Shown: one piece after another, positions 61,261 through 64,000 of the stretch
Layout of the letters: the number at the start of each line of letters is the position of its first letter
Position numbering within the stretch: position 1 is the first letter of the stretch
Source of the DNA: Bispira polyomma
Taxonomy: Eukaryota
Direction: 5' to 3'
Assembly: GCA_965649765.1 (NCBI GenBank)
Contig: OZ287752.1
Span: 66,836,001-66,900,000 of the forward strand
DNA length: 64,000 nucleotides
Notes under the pieces: model-generated
Database searches by the model: none
Seen by the model: the letters and a program-made list of their open reading frames with translations, nothing else
Told to the model about the DNA's origin: nothing
Program-made: the position numbers and the translations under genes

Positions 61261-64000
61261 CTACGTTACTGTTGGCTCGAATATAGTAGTGCAACTCGAT
61301 AAATTCAAAATTTTTGGAAGAGGAGCATGAGGGACAAACCCAAAATCACGGGGTTCAGTCACCATCGCCCTTTTTTTTTTAACATACCAGCTGGTAGCTT
61401 TTACTTTATTAAAATTATAACTATTTTCTTTAGTGGTATTGTTAAAAGTGTAATTTTGTACGACTAATATAATCATATTTGATTTTTCATCAAAATGTTT
61501 ATAACTTGTATATCCTATATAAGAACCAACTGTGTTAGAATGGTGGTTACTACCAACCTTCATTGCCATGCTGTCATGCATGTATGAAGTATGTCCGAAT
61601 TCATATATAATACTACTATCTTCTGTATAAGTAGCATGCATGTGAATCATGGACTGTAATTGAAAATATGCCAAACGTTCAAAACTTTTATAAAAGCTGG
61701 CATATTGACAATTAAAATCATCACCAGTGTTCAAACTGGGACATCATTTGTAATATCAGATAAAATCAAATCATAAGTAACGAGTTCATTCTGCCTTAAC
61801 TTTTTAATAGTAAATGCTTTATTAATATAGCCATCAGAATTGTAATGTCCCGTATTAGACCTTCTGGTCTCATTAATATCACTATGTTGTTCATAAAAGT
61901 TGTTATAACTATAACTAAGAGCTAATTTTGTATAAAAAGAAGCATTCAGTTCTGTGTAATTGCAAAGTGAAGTAGTTGAAAGTTCACTAGGGCTGAGGCC
62001 ATTATAGTACTCCATCAAGGAAGTATTATTAACTTCTTGTACTGAATCCATACTATCACCGTGTATCTTATGTATATGACTACTAGTGTTACCCGTGTGT
62101 CCATTATGATTTTCACCATACTGATCTACAGTCCCGTCCATATACACGTTATGATTAGCCAACGTGTGTACATTATGGACTTTTCTATTAAGGTGACTGC
62201 CATTCTGAATGTGAATATCATGATCACATGTGTTTTTACACATAGTATCCTGCCATATTTTATTTACACTGTTATTGTAGTATGTTAGTACACTATGGTG
62301 TTCCATTTTTGTTTCACATCTACCACTGTTTATATTCTTCTCTGAACACCTACTGTCAAAACAAGTTTCACCACCACCCCATATGTCCTTTACCTCTTGT
62401 GTAATTTCAAGAGACGATTCAAGTGTTGAACAAGGGTCAAGGTACTTATTATTATTGCCGTATCAAGAACTTACCTGGCAGCAATTTAGTGCAACGTGTT
62501 CTAATGTACACGTAGTTAGATAACTGGACCTATGGACCAACGAGGACAGGGTGTTAAGGTCATTAGAATATACAGTTATATTGGCCATACTAGTGTTATT
62601 GTTATTTACACTGACAGATACGTTATTAGCTTTAACAAAAGTATAACTAATTCTGTCACTTGTACTAACTATGTGACTAGTCACACCATAAACACTATCG
62701 CTAAAATTATTCTCTTGTGACATTAATATATTAACGTCGCTCTCATAAACTCTGTTATAAGAGCTCGACACATTTGTATTCATTTTTACTAAGTTGTCAC
62801 TAAGTCTATCAACATTTATTTTAGTACTATTAATAGATTCTATTTTTTCAGCTAGTACTTTGGACCGGGAAGATGTTTTTCCTGTATCATGACTTTTGTA
62901 CATAAACACAGTAGCCAATGGGTTTAATTGGTTTCCCATATTACCCATACCCGTTATAACTGATACCATGATCATGTTTTTTAACACGAGCACCTTGTTT
63001 TGGGCTAAACTCGCTGGTCAACGGGTTCAAAGTGGTTTCATAATTTCCAACACATTCATTCAATCTATTCTTAGCCATATTATTACATGATTTGGTATAA
63101 ACATACATACTATTAGAATGAGTATCATGTTGTAACCATTTACTATCAGTATTACAAATTTCCTGTCTAAAAATTTTTGCACGTGGATTTAATTTAGTTT
63201 TATGACAATTACCTTCCTTATGATGATTTATCTTTACAATAACTGTGTCGTTGTAATTTAGGCCAGGTTTATTATAATATTTCCTGCCGTTGTTAACTTT
63301 AGACACATTACAACTAATAGGGTTAAACTCGCTGCTCAGTTTTCTGTCCCTTACTATCATTTTTTATTTGCACACATTTGCAAGCGGGGTGATCATGCTT
63401 TTTACCACATATCTCTTTGTAGCAGTAAGTGCAGTAGTGCTCATATTTGAAACCTCTGGACACGTGGTCCTTGTCTAGCTTACAGGTACCCTTATTAAAC
63501 AAGGAGCAGACACAACTTTCTGTATTCCTGTTTTCACTACTACCTGTACCACCGTCATAAGGGACCCTTTGAGCATTTCTAGCTCTGATTTTTTCTATCA
63601 GTTTGATTTTGTCCCATGTGACCCGCCCTTTTTCAATTTCTTGAAGTACTGCAGCATGCGCATTCTTAGCTGCTTCTAATCCCAAACTCGACAGCGTCTT
63701 GCATTAAGCTAACGTGGTAATTAAGCATAACCTGCCTTTTCTCAAGATCACATTCCTCTAACGCGCAACAAAGCAACCCCTGTGCCCATTGTATTGGAGA
63801 CATTTCGTCGTATGTCGGTTGTTTGTTAGTATGAGCGACGGTGCAATAATCTTGGGGCCAGGTGACCTGGACTTTTACTTTATGTACACCCGCTCTATAC
63901 CGGCCAGATTTTAAAGTGGAAGTATTTTTACCTTTATAGTCGAGACGTGAAGCTCCTTCATAATCACGCAATCTCTTCTGAACTTCGGCTTGGATATGGG

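Larger units (their letters stand above)
57960..64000 (-). mobile_element. Degenerate Ngaro/DIRS-type element of a second subfamily, running off the window end; lower boundary approximate
   Basis: gag 63323-64000 (WPQDY, YDEM, CSLFNKGTC, HYCTYC), long N/S/T/H-rich linker ~61260-63350, RT 60287-60991 (RVIVDLSWP, YLDD), RNase H 59625-60299, YR 58462-59419. Confidence 0.88.

Overview
AT-rich metazoan DNA (the repeat content suggests a marine invertebrate; inference). Bases 1-8.6 kb hold the last two coding exons of a retinol dehydrogenase (RDH11/12/13-type SDR), a Helentron-type element upstream of them (probably intronic), and SINEs/MITEs downstream. From about 11 kb on the window is almost all transposons: L2, CR1-type and RTE-X-like LINE fragments and six Ngaro-type (split direct repeat, DIRS-order) tyrosine-recombinase (YR) retrotransposons, several nested. 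The youngest copy (34950-48050) sits without a TSD in the 3' hairpin of an L2, which itself sits in an older Ngaro copy. Its terminal module is expanded into five tandem 1553-bp A-C-B units. Comparing the sibling elements suggests an expression scheme I do not recognise as described: (i) a conserved phase-1 splice donor inside gag and a phase-1 acceptor just before the YR ORF, giving a Zn-finger GagN-YR fusion that is intact (480 aa) in the young copy although its gag/pol are broken, and (ii) a conserved A_AAA_AAC slippery site plus stem-loop for -1 gag-pol frameshifting. All analysis was by eye; no searches were run.
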